Shown: positions 11,801 to 22,857 of the stretch, piece after piece
Position numbering within the stretch: the first letter of the stretch is position 1
Layout: each line of letters begins with the position of its first letter
Assembly: GCA_020184695.1 (NCBI GenBank)
Contig: JAANOX010000224.1
Location: 1 to 64,000, forward strand
Direction: 5' to 3'
DNA length: 64,000 nucleotides
Origin: Histomonas meleagridis 2922-C6/04-290x
Taxonomy: Eukaryota; Protista; Parabasalia
Notes under the pieces: generated by a model
What the model was told of the DNA's origin: nothing
What the model saw: only the letters and a program-made list of their open reading frames with translations
The model's database searches: none
Made by a program: the position numbers and the translations under genes

Positions 11801-14800
11801 TCACCTGATGATGACTTACGAGAAATATGTGCTAAATATATATCAAAAATAGCCAAAAAGAAATCAGCTGAAATTCCATCAATGATTGAGAAACTTTTAT
11901 TAACACGTTCATCATTAAATAAACCAGAAAAGTTACAAGGATTTGGTTATGCATATTCTGCATTAATTCATGCGCAAGGTGTCGCATCATTAAAGAAAGA
12001 TGTATTTAATTTTACTGATGAATTATCTAATTCAAAGAATGAAAATGATCGACAAATTGTTTGTTATATCTTTGCTGGTTTATCTTATATGTTTGGAGCA
12101 ATATTAGAGCCTTCATTACCTCGAATTTTACCTGTCTTATTACAATCATTTGGTGATAAATTCGAATCTGTCCGTGTTGCAGGTTCAAAAGCTATACAAT
12201 CAATCATTAAAAACTTAACACATGCATGTGTCGAAAGAGTTTTACCTTATGCATTAGAAAAAGTAGAAAATGATGATTCATGGAGAATTCAACATACTGC
12301 TATATTACTTGTAGATTCAGTATTAAATGCTAATCCACGTAATATTAGTAAATTTGTACCAAATATTGTAAATTCATTAAGTAAAGCAGTGAAAAGTGCA
12401 GTAAGTCAAGTTAGAGAAGCAGCTTTGTTAACTATGGATAGAATTAAATCTTCAATAACTAATGAATCAGTTAATGAAATATTCCCATTCTTAATTAATG
12501 CTATATCACATCCTAAAACATTAGAAATAGCATTAGAAAAGATATCACATTTAAACCTTACACAAAAACTTGATAATTCATCATTATCACTAATTATACC
12601 TATAGTAATTAATGGTTGTCAATCAACTAACATGAATACAAAAACAAATTCATATAAAATTTTAGGTAATTTACCATTAATTTCAATGGATGGAGCACTT
12701 TCACAATTTGCTGATTTATTAATTAAACCATTATTAGATGGTGTATCAGATCCATCACCAAATTTACGTGCTATAGCAGCATCATCATTATCTTCAATAG
12801 TTTCATGTTTCGATCAAGACAAATATGATGAAATTATTAATAAACTCTTAAATGAAATGACACAAAAGAAGACATTTGCAGAAAGACAAGGTAATGCACA
12901 AGCTATAGCATCATTAATCAAGACTAAAGGTATTGATCAACTTAAACAACAACTTCAACAATTTGTTAATTTAGCAGAACATGGAGAAACATTAAGTGTT
13001 CGAGAAGGTTATGTATCATTATTAGGATTTTTATCACATTTCTTTGGAGAAGACTTCTCAGATTGTTATAATATTACAATTGATGCTGTATTAAATGCAT
13101 GTGCAGATCCTAATGATCAAATTAGAACAGTTGGTTTAAGATCAGCTTCATTAATTACAAAGGCATTTTCTAAATCTAATCCACAATTAATATTAACTCC
13201 ATATTTCAGTTGTGCAATGAAAGAAAATTGGAGACAAAGACTTTGTGCAGTTAATTTCATGAAAAGTTTTGTATATGCTATAGCAGGTATGACCGAAGCA
13301 GATGAAAAAGGTATTCGAGAAATTGGAGAAATGCTTGAAACATTAGAAACCCAAGTCTCGAAAGATGTATTATATCCAGCATTATTAACATTATTTATCT
13401 TATCAGCAGATCCAGTACCTACTGTAAGTAATGAAGCACAATTAGTCTGGAGACAAATCATACCAAATACTGGACAATTCTTAAGAGGTGTAATGAATAT
13501 ATTATTAGAACGTATTCATGCATTTACTTGTAGTGAATTTGAAGTCGTACGTACTGTAGGTGCTTGTGCTATGGCATTAGGAGTTAAACGACTTAAAACT
13601 AAATTCTTAACTGAATGTTTCAAATCAATTGAAACACAATTACAAGAAGATGATATTGATTGTGTACATGGGGCAATATTATGTATCCATATGTTATGTG
13701 ATTTATTAAGTCAAGATGATAAAATGCGCGCATGTACGATATTAGCACCTTATTTATCATCACCTTATGAACAAGTACGTAATGAAGCACTTCAAGCATT
13801 TGTTGAAATGCGTGATTCGATAGGTGAACAAGGTGCTAAAGAAGTATCAACTAATTTAGTTAAATATGTATTTAATAAGGCAGAAGAACAAGGTGACGTC
13901 TGTTCTTTATCTGGTTTATTAAATATTATTGGTCATCATGCAATGGTTGAATTAACACGTAAAATATTACAAAGACCTGTTGATGATAAACGCCCTGAAA
14001 TTGCTTATAATTTAACATATGCTTCAGGAAGTGCATTAGATAGTATAATGCCTACTTTCGCAGAACGTATGATATCTATGTCTGCACATCCTTCTACTGA
14101 AGAAGAAGGTTTAATTGCATTAAATATTGCTAAACGAGTCATCGATGCATTAGATAACACTAAGAAAGAAATCTTTGCGTCGAAACTTGTCGAAAATATG
14201 CGAAATCAACAACCACAAAATCGACGCGCTTCGATATTAATTGCTTCACATTTATTAGAAGAAGAATGTGAAAAGTTTAATCAAATCGTATCAGTATTAG
14301 TACGAGCTATCATTTATTTATTAGATGATCCTTTAGATGACATTCAAATCGAAGCAATTAAATCAATTAAAATTGTCGGAGAAAAATTTAATGTTAATGA
14401 TGTACCAAAATTAATCAAAGAAATTTGTGATACACTTGAATCAATATGTTCTGTATCTGATGTTAGAGCATTTGATAAACCAGAATCATTCGAAGCATTA
14501 AATCTATTGATCGAAGCAGCATTCGAAACTTCGGATCAAGTCGCAATAGAATCCGCTTGTACGATAATTGCTACTGTTGTGCCACAACTTTTGGAATCGC
14601 CAATAGCTACACGTAAGTTATTAGCGAGATGTGTATATCAATTACAAATATTTAATGATCCAAATGTCCAAATGAAGATATTAAAGGCTTCAAGAGCTTT
14701 GTTTGAGAAATCTGCGTCACAAAGACAAATGTTAGTTAACTCATTACCAACTGCTTATATCCGATTGTTTAGAAGTGGCGTCTTGTCTATCCAAACTATA

Positions 14801-15661
14801 GCTTCTGACGCTTTATGTTCTTTAGCTAAAAAGGTATCAAAGCCTTATTTAATAGTACGTTGTTTATTACAAATTGTTAAAACTCAACTACAAAACGTTT
14901 CTTCAACAGTATTAAACGCTATAATTAAAATAGTTAAAACAATTAAATTGGACGATGAAGAAACAAATGAAATTATCAAAAACGTTTTGCCTTTATTAAA
15001 GAATCCAAAAATTCCAATTAGAGAATTAACCGCTCAAGTAATAGCAACTTCACTCCTTTCTTCACAACCGTCAAAATTGGCAGCAACCGTCACCGATACC
15101 AACATCCTTAAGATGAATGATGAAGAATTACCTACAACTTTGATTATATTTAATGAGATCCTTAAATCTGGTACACAAGAAGTTACTAAGACATTATTGC
15201 CTTATGTACTTGACTTGTTACCAATGATTACATCAAGTAATAATCAACGAGTAATGAATTATATTCCAAAGATTTGCGTTTCATTGATGTTATGTGATCC
15301 TGAAAATTTGATTCCGAAATTGTTACATTATATAATTGAAATATTCGAAAAAGATGAAACAGAACAACAAGTGATAGCTTGTCAAGAAATGCATCGATTC
15401 ATACAAGTTAAAGTAGTGAAGAAAGAAGATAAAACACAAATATTAAACACTTTAACAAACGCATTCATGTTCAAGGCGCCTGCAGTACAATCTGCAGCCG
15501 CTAAAACAATATTCGACTGCTTCCATTTGGATGAACTCGATGAGAACCAACTCAAAGCACTCGCAGCAACTACTTCGACGCCAAGAGAAAGCTTGAGCGC
15601 ATTCAAGGAAATCATAGAGCTTGTGCAGGCCGACAGGGCAAACCAGAAGATAGTGAGGTAA
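8846..15661 (+). CDS. GCN1: GCN1 HEAT-repeat translational activator (~2270 aa)
   Basis: Very long HEAT ORF. LEPSLPRILPVLLQSFGD..VRVAGSKA, SWRIQHTAILL and AERQGNAQAIA match GCN1 motifs. ATG 8846 is the preferred start within ORF 8696-15661. Confidence 0.85.
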   Translation: MTDPSYQNLTYDLITLNLPNSKQLVLLEEVKKVPSEQVQKLTDYIVTIWKKYPLHQEGLRILRILSSLNGFDKSKIVPIIFEILNIIDKSKKDHQFLSACRYASKILTVNDIPSKPTLPVFTVIRFMKINDESSLTKFAEEFAECLTKVTDLQLPSFHYAHAFSLYLPKDIYMKTVIPRFERQLLRGSASFLPVCTYTLPEIDLPVNEKSAAYTMLSEISSKGSNSQSLKLIQHCSKCFNTNELFSASLRLLTSANNIESKVALSSVISKFDSRKLTGDSLQEVYNRIKSEQNAEIQSNLILSLKNKADESFDFIKSIKITSANIDAVCDVLINSTKQNEIVEFLRPLFGLSPSSVARVILQKGFEKLSNEELSSVISQTKNISARFEALILDNQMDKCIEMISKSTIQYMPIALTFSPTVLKPFIYSMIYSEAVSNKVLIQFKHIVKNSKQNFDEITLAIFCPETTKPEIVPKLLELIPIRGKLAGDALSYAGFTKEQHEYVKNTFDKYFEDPLSEEDTLILLNNEQNEVFEKHSSAEKYNEIKEEILHPTAKSNLPQLKKQIEKVKVKTITNQQQIRQNLNQTKVKPIKDCVNLLISHYHNLKRPVTASLTTFTSDLIKLRENEIFYDIINECLLSSFNRVNAFRSIPKTILQILTTNNEDIDSNLLNYLIPSNKLTDVLLHLISSDLPALLNSEFRSKLCDTEAITSETNIEILLPIYLEHSNISDDILEFAIAMCVDISATRLKVAFEHLLDDNEMIRICSLNCIAVSNFDVPITSKLVCIFNICGVSNQMALDLMERINAPKLEPNEIINNYLELFNINSKDLALTRDIGISFGLMMEEHKELALRFLISLYKKNIEKTEVFNIPKQNNVRLAISYSFLQLKPMSTESIDFVSLVTLKDSIDTVRKNMTEVCEYYIKSYKKEDLSHLFNLFFDPLNLPPVSSIENNRLRICLCHLCNKILEIDPQFSDQFLDSLINYNIRSPDDDLREICAKYISKIAKKKSAEIPSMIEKLLLTRSSLNKPEKLQGFGYAYSALIHAQGVASLKKDVFNFTDELSNSKNENDRQIVCYIFAGLSYMFGAILEPSLPRILPVLLQSFGDKFESVRVAGSKAIQSIIKNLTHACVERVLPYALEKVENDDSWRIQHTAILLVDSVLNANPRNISKFVPNIVNSLSKAVKSAVSQVREAALLTMDRIKSSITNESVNEIFPFLINAISHPKTLEIALEKISHLNLTQKLDNSSLSLIIPIVINGCQSTNMNTKTNSYKILGNLPLISMDGALSQFADLLIKPLLDGVSDPSPNLRAIAASSLSSIVSCFDQDKYDEIINKLLNEMTQKKTFAERQGNAQAIASLIKTKGIDQLKQQLQQFVNLAEHGETLSVREGYVSLLGFLSHFFGEDFSDCYNITIDAVLNACADPNDQIRTVGLRSASLITKAFSKSNPQLILTPYFSCAMKENWRQRLCAVNFMKSFVYAIAGMTEADEKGIREIGEMLETLETQVSKDVLYPALLTLFILSADPVPTVSNEAQLVWRQIIPNTGQFLRGVMNILLERIHAFTCSEFEVVRTVGACAMALGVKRLKTKFLTECFKSIETQLQEDDIDCVHGAILCIHMLCDLLSQDDKMRACTILAPYLSSPYEQVRNEALQAFVEMRDSIGEQGAKEVSTNLVKYVFNKAEEQGDVCSLSGLLNIIGHHAMVELTRKILQRPVDDKRPEIAYNLTYASGSALDSIMPTFAERMISMSAHPSTEEEGLIALNIAKRVIDALDNTKKEIFASKLVENMRNQQPQNRRASILIASHLLEEECEKFNQIVSVLVRAIIYLLDDPLDDIQIEAIKSIKIVGEKFNVNDVPKLIKEICDTLESICSVSDVRAFDKPESFEALNLLIEAAFETSDQVAIESACTIIATVVPQLLESPIATRKLLARCVYQLQIFNDPNVQMKILKASRALFEKSASQRQMLVNSLPTAYIRLFRSGVLSIQTIASDALCSLAKKVSKPYLIVRCLLQIVKTQLQNVSSTVLNAIIKIVKTIKLDDEETNEIIKNVLPLLKNPKIPIRELTAQVIATSLLSSQPSKLAATVTDTNILKMNDEELPTTLIIFNEILKSGTQEVTKTLLPYVLDLLPMITSSNNQRVMNYIPKICVSLMLCDPENLIPKLLHYIIEIFEKDETEQQVIACQEMHRFIQVKVVKKEDKTQILNTLTNAFMFKAPAVQSAAAKTIFDCFHLDELDENQLKALAATTSTPRESLSAFKEIIELVQADRANQKIVR

Positions 15662-16177
15662 GTAAACAGCTCTGAATGAGTAACTTGTTTTTGTGATATG
15701 GACAACGATTCGAATTATTTATAGTTTTAAAATTAATGAATTATTAATAATCTTTGAAATAATTATAGTTCTGAATAAGATTCATTTTGATTTTTTTGAT
15801 TATTCAACATCGCATTTAACTTATCGTGGTGATCATTGATTACTCCAATATTATTGATTAAAAATTTCCAAAAATATCCAGAAAAGATTTTCTAACGATA
15901 GAGTTGAATGAATGAAAAATCATAGTATTTAATTTCAAAAACCAGAAGCATTTGATGGTCAATTTATTCAACATTCCTTTCAAGAACCCTTATGCATAAC
16001 GCAAACACTTACTATTATAAACTAATGCTCTCTAAACAAGATTTCTTTGACACTTAAAAATTTCTGTCAGAAAATATATATATTTTCTAAAATTAATGAA
16101 GAATTGATGATAAATGCTATATAAAATATTTTGAAAGAAAAATTCGATTTTCAAAAGGAATATATTTATTAATTTAT

Positions 16178-17965
16178 TTATTGTAATTGATATTTAGCGA
16201 GATCTGCATAAATTCCTCCTTTCTTAAGGAGCTTTTCATGTGTTCCTGTTTCAACAATATGACCATCTTGGAAAACAAATATTTTATCTGCGTTAACAAC
16301 AGTTGCAAGTCTATGTGCAACCATAATCGAAGTTTTTCCATGTCTAAATGTTTCAAGTGATTGTTGAACTAATTGTTCACTTTCTGTATCCAAAGCAGCA
16401 GTAGCTTCATCCAACAAAAGTATTGGAGTTGGTGATAAGATTGCTCTAGAGATACAAATCCTTTGTTTTTGCCCACCACTTAATGAAGTTTGTTTTACGA
16501 TTGTTTTATAATTTTCAGGGATATCCATAATAAAGTTATGTGCATTACCTGTTTTAGCTGCTTCTACAATTTCATTTTCATTTGCTTCAAGTTTACTATA
16601 TCTAATATTATCAGCAATACTCATTGAGAATAATACTGGTGATTGTGGAACAATTGAAATAGCTTTTCTTAAACTTCTGGGTGAAACAGTTGTAATATCT
16701 ATATCATCAACTAAAATTTCACCTTCATCAATATCATAAAATCTTTGTAATAATTGTAATGTTGTAGATTTACCACAACCTGATTCACCTACAAATGCAA
16801 CTGTTTTACCAGGTTCAATAACAAATGATAAATGTCGAACGGCCCATTTTTCACATCCTTTATAACGGAATCCTACATTACGGAATTCGACTTTTCCTTT
16901 AACATTTGTAAGTTCTTTACCTTCATCTGGTTTAATACTTGGTTCTCTATCGATAATAGCAGATATGTTTCGCGCCGAACTTTTAGCTGTTCGTAAATCT
17001 TCTGTAACACTAAGCATTGTACGAATACCGACTGCACATAATATAATGCCATTAGCTACAACACATATATCAAATAAACTTTTTTGATCATCTTCTGGAT
17101 GAATCATAATTTTCATTAAATACCATATTAATGTAAGTCCTAAAGCACCAAGAATACCAAGTGCTAAACCTAATGTTGCCCCTCGAACAATAGAAACCTT
17201 ATTAAGAATTTTTTGTTCTGCATATAAATCAGATGCAAAACTTTCTGCTTCAAAATTTTCTTGATCAAATGATTTAACTGTTCGGAATTCAGTTACGACA
17301 GCAATTGCTTTTTCGACTGATTCAGTTCCTGCTGCTTTATATTGTTCCCATATTTTATCAGACCATTTATCACCACCCCATAATTCAAATGCTAAAACAA
17401 TTGGAAACGCTATAAACATTAATGTGATTTTCCAATCAAAAACAAATGCTAAAATTAATGTACCTAATGAAAGTGCTATTGCAGCAATAGTTCCATAGAT
17501 TTGATCAACATAAACATCTTTTATATAACTTACACCTTCTGATATACGTGAAACCATTGCTCCATATGAATGTGTATCAAAATATGAAATATCTGCATTT
17601 AATAATGCTGAATAAAGTTTCTTTCGAATGTCTAATAAAAACATTGGTGCTACAACGCCTTGAATTGCTGTACTTGCTGTTTGAATAAAAATACATATTG
17701 CACTAATCCATGCTGCTTCTTTTATGAATTCAATTGATGAATCTAAAAATCCAACAACTGCTCCAAATAGTTCTGTTCCTTTCTTTAATGGAAAGATAAA
17801 TAGTAAAGGCGTTAAACCTGCAATAAAAACTACTATAAATGAAATTATTAGAAAATGCTTATGATCAAAATATGCTAGAATTCGTCTATATTCCCTTCCC
17901 TTTACTAGTTGCCCTTGATCTGCGGCTTCAATTTCATCATTAAAAGCTGTTCCAAAGATAGGCAT
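16178..17965 (-). CDS. ABCB (MDR-type) half transporter, TMD-NBD
   Basis: Walker A GESGCGKST, signature LSGGQKQR, Walker B ILLLDEATAALD, six predicted TM segments. The ORF-track start is TTG; first ATG is at 17965. Confidence 0.93.
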   Translation of the reverse strand: MPIFGTAFNDEIEAADQGQLVKGREYRRILAYFDHKHFLIISFIVVFIAGLTPLLFIFPLKKGTELFGAVVGFLDSSIEFIKEAAWISAICIFIQTASTAIQGVVAPMFLLDIRKKLYSALLNADISYFDTHSYGAMVSRISEGVSYIKDVYVDQIYGTIAAIALSLGTLILAFVFDWKITLMFIAFPIVLAFELWGGDKWSDKIWEQYKAAGTESVEKAIAVVTEFRTVKSFDQENFEAESFASDLYAEQKILNKVSIVRGATLGLALGILGALGLTLIWYLMKIMIHPEDDQKSLFDICVVANGIILCAVGIRTMLSVTEDLRTAKSSARNISAIIDREPSIKPDEGKELTNVKGKVEFRNVGFRYKGCEKWAVRHLSFVIEPGKTVAFVGESGCGKSTTLQLLQRFYDIDEGEILVDDIDITTVSPRSLRKAISIVPQSPVLFSMSIADNIRYSKLEANENEIVEAAKTGNAHNFIMDIPENYKTIVKQTSLSGGQKQRICISRAILSPTPILLLDEATAALDTESEQLVQQSLETFRHGKTSIMVAHRLATVVNADKIFVFQDGHIVETGTHEKLLKKGGIYADLAKYQLQ

Positions 17966-18091
17966 GAAAAAATGTGATGTACCAAATTTCGTTCGTACAT
18001 TATTGAAAATGTGATCGTACAAGCATAAAATTGTATGGTCCGATCACATTTTCAATGGTTTTATTATGTGTTTCATGGCACATCACTTAAT
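17966..18091. promoter_or_regulatory. Compact bidirectional promoter with Inr-like motifs on both strands
   Basis: 126 nt separate the divergent ATGs. TCACTT lies just before ATG 18092 and TCACAT (minus strand) just before ATG 17965, matching the parabasalid Inr. Confidence 0.55.
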
Positions 18092-20089
18092 ATGAGCCTT
18101 ATAAGAAAAGCATCTAGTTATTCTTCATCAATAGTAGGTGACCCAGATAAGAGGATTACAAAAGACGAAAAAAATCATGCCAGAAAGAAATTATATGGAG
18201 TATTATTTTCTGATTATTTAACATGGATCGCTTTAATTCCAGCATTAGCTATGGGAGTTATGCCAAATCTAATAATTTATCTCGCAACAGATGTACTTGA
18301 CTCCATTACTGAATGGCAATATTCAATCGTTCGATTTGAATTTTTCCCAGAATACTATAAAAGCATTTATGATCCAATGCCATTAATTGAAACACAAATC
18401 AAAAAAATGGCAATTGTTGTAGCAGCTATGGTTATTCTTCAATTTTTTATTACAATGCTTTGGACGCGTATTGGTTCAAGAGTTATTGTAAATATTAAAA
18501 CAACAATGTTCACAAATATGATGATGAGTGATGTTGTATTTTTTGATGTTAAACCAGTTGGTGAAATTCTTACATTGTTATCAGAAGATGCTGAATCAGT
18601 AGAACTAGCATTTGGTAAAGTAAAAGGAGTACAAGCAACAGCATTTTCACAAGGTATTGTAGGTTTAATATTTGCATTTGTTAAAGGATGGGATATTGCT
18701 TTAATAGCATTAATTTGTGTTCCACTTATAGCAATACTTTTAGGCATTATAATTCCAAGTATTATTAGGAATTCAGATAAAAAATTCCAATATACATCGA
18801 AATCTATAACAATTGCAGAAGAAACATTAGCAGCAGTTAGAACAGTACGTATTTTTAATCGTGAAGATTATGAAATAGGAAGATTTTCTGATTCAACAAA
18901 ATCAGCTGCAAAACATGATACAAGAATTGGTAATATTCTTACAGTATTTCTATTCTTTGTTTTATGCTTTGTTGTAGCGAACGTTTTATGCGATTTTTAT
19001 TATGGTGCTATCAAAGTTGATAACAAAGATTTATCACTTGGTGAACTTTTATCTGTTTTTATTTATACTGTAATTGGTGCGTTATCAATTATCTCTATTC
19101 AAGGTACAATGCAAGGTGAACAAAAAGCTATTGCATCAGGCACACGTATTATGAAAGTTATAGATTATCAACCCGCAATTGAATTCGAAGGTGGAAGAAC
19201 AATTGATAACTTTAAAGGAAAAATTGAATTTCGTAATGTATCATTTAAATATCCTACACGTGATGCTTATGTATTACGAAATGTTTCATTTGTTATTGAA
19301 CCTAATCAAGCAGGCGCATTAGTAGGACATTCTGGTTCAGGTAAATCTACATGTGTACAATTACTTGAACGATTTTATGATGCAACAGAAGGTCAAATTT
19401 TACTTGATGGTCATGATATTAAAACACTTGATCAACATTGGTTACATAAACAAATGGCATTAGTTTCACAAGAACCAATTTTATTCAGAACTACAATAGC
19501 TAATAATTTAAGATATGGTGCAAAAAATGCAACTCAAAAAGAACTTGATAAAGCTATAGAAGTTGCTAATGCATCAAAAATTTTATCTAAACTTGAAAAA
19601 GGTTATGATACATTAGCAGGCGATAAAGGTACTTCTTTATCTGGTGGTCAAAGACAAAGAATTGCTATTGCTAGAGCCGTCTTAATGAAACCAAGAATTT
19701 TAATATGTGATGAAGCTACATCTGCTTTAGATGCACAAAGTGAAAAGAAAGTACAAGTTGCATTAGATAAAGTAATGAAAGGATGTACTTCTGTAATTGT
19801 TGCACATAGACTTTCTACAATTAGAAATGCTGATATTATTTATGTGTTTGATGCTGGTGAAATTAGAGAATTTGGTACACATGATGAATTGGTGAAGAAA
19901 CATGGAGCTTATTATAATTTAGTAAAGAGACAGTTGACAAAAGATACAACTAAAAAAGATAATAAGAAAAACAAACCAAAGAAAGAAGTAAAACAAACGA
20001 TACCAAAGAAAGAAAAGAAACAAAAGAAAATTATAAGAAAAGAATCATCTTCAAGTAGTTCAGAATCATCATTATCTTCAATAGAGTAA
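18092..20089 (+). CDS. ABCB (MDR-type) half transporter, TMD-NBD, with Lys/Ser-rich tail
   Basis: GHSGSGKST, LSGGQRQR, ILICDEATSALD, H-loop VAHRLSTI. Confidence 0.93.
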   Translation: MSLIRKASSYSSSIVGDPDKRITKDEKNHARKKLYGVLFSDYLTWIALIPALAMGVMPNLIIYLATDVLDSITEWQYSIVRFEFFPEYYKSIYDPMPLIETQIKKMAIVVAAMVILQFFITMLWTRIGSRVIVNIKTTMFTNMMMSDVVFFDVKPVGEILTLLSEDAESVELAFGKVKGVQATAFSQGIVGLIFAFVKGWDIALIALICVPLIAILLGIIIPSIIRNSDKKFQYTSKSITIAEETLAAVRTVRIFNREDYEIGRFSDSTKSAAKHDTRIGNILTVFLFFVLCFVVANVLCDFYYGAIKVDNKDLSLGELLSVFIYTVIGALSIISIQGTMQGEQKAIASGTRIMKVIDYQPAIEFEGGRTIDNFKGKIEFRNVSFKYPTRDAYVLRNVSFVIEPNQAGALVGHSGSGKSTCVQLLERFYDATEGQILLDGHDIKTLDQHWLHKQMALVSQEPILFRTTIANNLRYGAKNATQKELDKAIEVANASKILSKLEKGYDTLAGDKGTSLSGGQRQRIAIARAVLMKPRILICDEATSALDAQSEKKVQVALDKVMKGCTSVIVAHRLSTIRNADIIYVFDAGEIREFGTHDELVKKHGAYYNLVKRQLTKDTTKKDNKKNKPKKEVKQTIPKKEKKQKKIIRKESSSSSSESSLSSIE

Positions 20090-20187
20090 ATTAATTTAAA
20101 TTTATAAATAAATTAATTGTTTTTTTTCTTTAGAAAGTTGCTGTTGTGACATGTGATGTGGAAATTGAACGTTAGGTGCCTTTTCGA

Positions 20188-22203
20188 ATGGATTTTGAAA
20201 CTGATCCACATGATTGGTATCCAAGCGAAACGTCAAAAATTCATCTCGATTTTAGCGATCTCAGTTTTAAGAAAGATTCAATTTTATATGCAATTCAAAC
20301 TTATAAAGTTTTAATTTTAAATAGTTCAACTTTTTCCAGTAAGACATATTATATTCCACAAATTTTAATATCATCAGGTTTTGTTGAAAATGGGTGGCAT
20401 ATAGGCCTTCTTTTTTCGTCCAGAAATTCTGCAGTCTCAAAATCCAAATTAATATTACAATTATTTGGTGCTAATACAGTTGGCTTATCTTTAGACTGGT
20501 GTGAAAATATTGTTAACAATTCACTTATTAAAATACTAACACCAGAATCACTTTTAACAGATTTCAAACGATCCCCATTACTTGATTCTTCAACTACTGG
20601 TTATTCTGCCATATTCATCGATAACTTTTCGTCAACAGATCTTAAACTACAACTTTGTTTATCCCTTTTACACAAAGTCGCCAAAACGCGGCCATCATTT
20701 CGACTTATCATTGGAACTGTCTATAATGAATCAGTTTCAGAACTCCTCAGGTTCTTCAATGGCGAGGATTCCACTGATGAATTCCGTGGCTTTTCACCAT
20801 TGAATCTTCCACTTGCTAATGTTTTACATTTGGAAGAAATAAGTGGGGAAAACATCATAATAAAACATCTTCCAGTTACACCTGATGATGCAGTTGAGCG
20901 AAGTATGTTATTTCTCGAGCAACTTCATGAAACTTCAGGTCCTGGTAACATATTAATTTTTTTACCATCATTTATGGACTGTATTAATTACAGCACAGAA
21001 TTAAGCGAAAAGAAAATACCGAATCTTGTTATAGTCGCAGGAGGTAATGTCACTATATCATCAAATGAACTTAAACGTTATGTTTTTTTTGCGTCATCTG
21101 TATGTCAATTAGATCGATCATATCGTAACATTAAATATGTAATTGATTGTGGATTAACACAACGCATAGAATTCGATATACAAAAACAATGGACATATTA
21201 TAAATGTTCAAGAATTACAAAGAAAGAAGCTGATGTCCGTGCAGCTATAGCCGGGTTTTATCCAAATGGCCGCGGAATTGTATATCGAATGTTTCCACCG
21301 AATTGTTTTAACGAGGAAATCGATCAAGGAATGATTCAACAATTTCATAAGATTTCATTACCTCTTTTAGCATTAGGAATTAAGGATTTTAAGGCATTTA
21401 ATTTTTATTATAAACCTTCATTACCACTTTTATCATATCATTTATTACAACTTAATTATTATGGAATATTATCGAATGATGGTGAATTAACACCAACTAT
21501 CGGCGAGCCTATTTTGCATTTTTTTGGTTTGCCTTTATGTTTAGCCCGCTTTTTAATTGCTTCTTTCGAAAATGGTGTCACTGAAGATGCGCTTTCGATT
21601 ATAGTTATGATGACTTTGGATATGAAATTCGATTTCGGATCTTCTCGTGTTCGCGAAGGTGATCTATTGTCTTTACATAATTATTATCAACGTTTTATCC
21701 ATTTCGATTCGCCTGAACTGAAACAAAAAATTCAATATGTAAAACGTTTGAAGTTTTTATTACGTACGAAATGTGAAGAGCTTGGAAAAGTTTGTCATAC
21801 AAAACAAACGGAAAAATTAATTAAAGCGATTGTTGAAGGATTCTTTCCGAATGCCGCTGTGTTTAATATACAAAGACAAGCTTATATACATTTGGTCACG
21901 AATGAAATTCTTTATATACATCCGAATTCTGTCCTAAAAGATTTGGATATGAGATTGCACGTGCATTACGTCGTGTTCGGCTCAATCGAATATACGGATA
22001 AGCCGTACATGAAACATATCACTGTTGTGGATGACCCTTCTTTGTTGGTGGAAGTTGCGCCGAAGTTGTACACTGGAATACTCGGAAGTTTGCCTTCGGC
22101 GCATAGACAAAAGCCAATACATATTTTGGATGAGTCTGTTTTACCTTCGTCTCTTGTGAAGTTGGCACATACTACAAACTATTATACTATGAAAAGAAAG
22201 TAA
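20188..22203 (+). CDS. DEAH/RHA-family helicase-like protein with degenerate catalytic motifs
   Basis: GNILIFLP, NIKYVIDCG, ADVRAAIAG..G.VYRM, HA2-like and YIHPNSVL OB-fold motifs. Walker A reads STFSSKT and the DEAH box reads IDNFS. Confidence 0.8.
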   Translation: MDFETDPHDWYPSETSKIHLDFSDLSFKKDSILYAIQTYKVLILNSSTFSSKTYYIPQILISSGFVENGWHIGLLFSSRNSAVSKSKLILQLFGANTVGLSLDWCENIVNNSLIKILTPESLLTDFKRSPLLDSSTTGYSAIFIDNFSSTDLKLQLCLSLLHKVAKTRPSFRLIIGTVYNESVSELLRFFNGEDSTDEFRGFSPLNLPLANVLHLEEISGENIIIKHLPVTPDDAVERSMLFLEQLHETSGPGNILIFLPSFMDCINYSTELSEKKIPNLVIVAGGNVTISSNELKRYVFFASSVCQLDRSYRNIKYVIDCGLTQRIEFDIQKQWTYYKCSRITKKEADVRAAIAGFYPNGRGIVYRMFPPNCFNEEIDQGMIQQFHKISLPLLALGIKDFKAFNFYYKPSLPLLSYHLLQLNYYGILSNDGELTPTIGEPILHFFGLPLCLARFLIASFENGVTEDALSIIVMMTLDMKFDFGSSRVREGDLLSLHNYYQRFIHFDSPELKQKIQYVKRLKFLLRTKCEELGKVCHTKQTEKLIKAIVEGFFPNAAVFNIQRQAYIHLVTNEILYIHPNSVLKDLDMRLHVHYVVFGSIEYTDKPYMKHITVVDDPSLLVEVAPKLYTGILGSLPSAHRQKPIHILDESVLPSSLVKLAHTTNYYTMKRK

Positions 22204-22857
22204 TAGAAATTATGTTTGAAAATAAAAATTTAATTCTGAAGTTGTTTAGTGTGAAATTAAATGAAAATTTGTATAAAATTTTATACAAAGGCTAAAAATT
22301 ATTAGGAATAATTTTCATGAATATATAACTAATTTGTAATTTTATCATTTTTGGTTTAAGAAGAATTGGAAATACTTTTATAATGGGAGTTATAAAAAAA
22401 TCAACTCAATGATTTGAACTGAATCAGGGAAAATAGAAATAGAAAAATTACTTTTCAAAAAAGAAATTAATATTACACAAAAAATATTTATAATTTTATA
22501 TTAGTTTTAAGAAGTTATTTAAAACGGTATTAATGGCTGGTTATTAAAAATAAAAAAGATATTAATTTATTCATTTTAACAGTTGTTAATTTTGAATATT
22601 AATAAAAACACTATAATTACTAATATAAAGTTTATAATAGGCTATTTTGAGTATGTGTTTGCACAAAAATAATGTTGATAAGATTTAGATAAAACATGCT
22701 TTTATTTCGTTGATTTCGTATTTCGATAAACTAAGCTCCTCTTGGTCAAAAAATCAATAAATTATTTATATTTACATGAATTCCTGTTTGCTTCGGCTTT
22801 TAATGAAAAGTGACATGTTTACAAAAAAGTTCTTATTTCAAAAATTTGCATTTCGAA

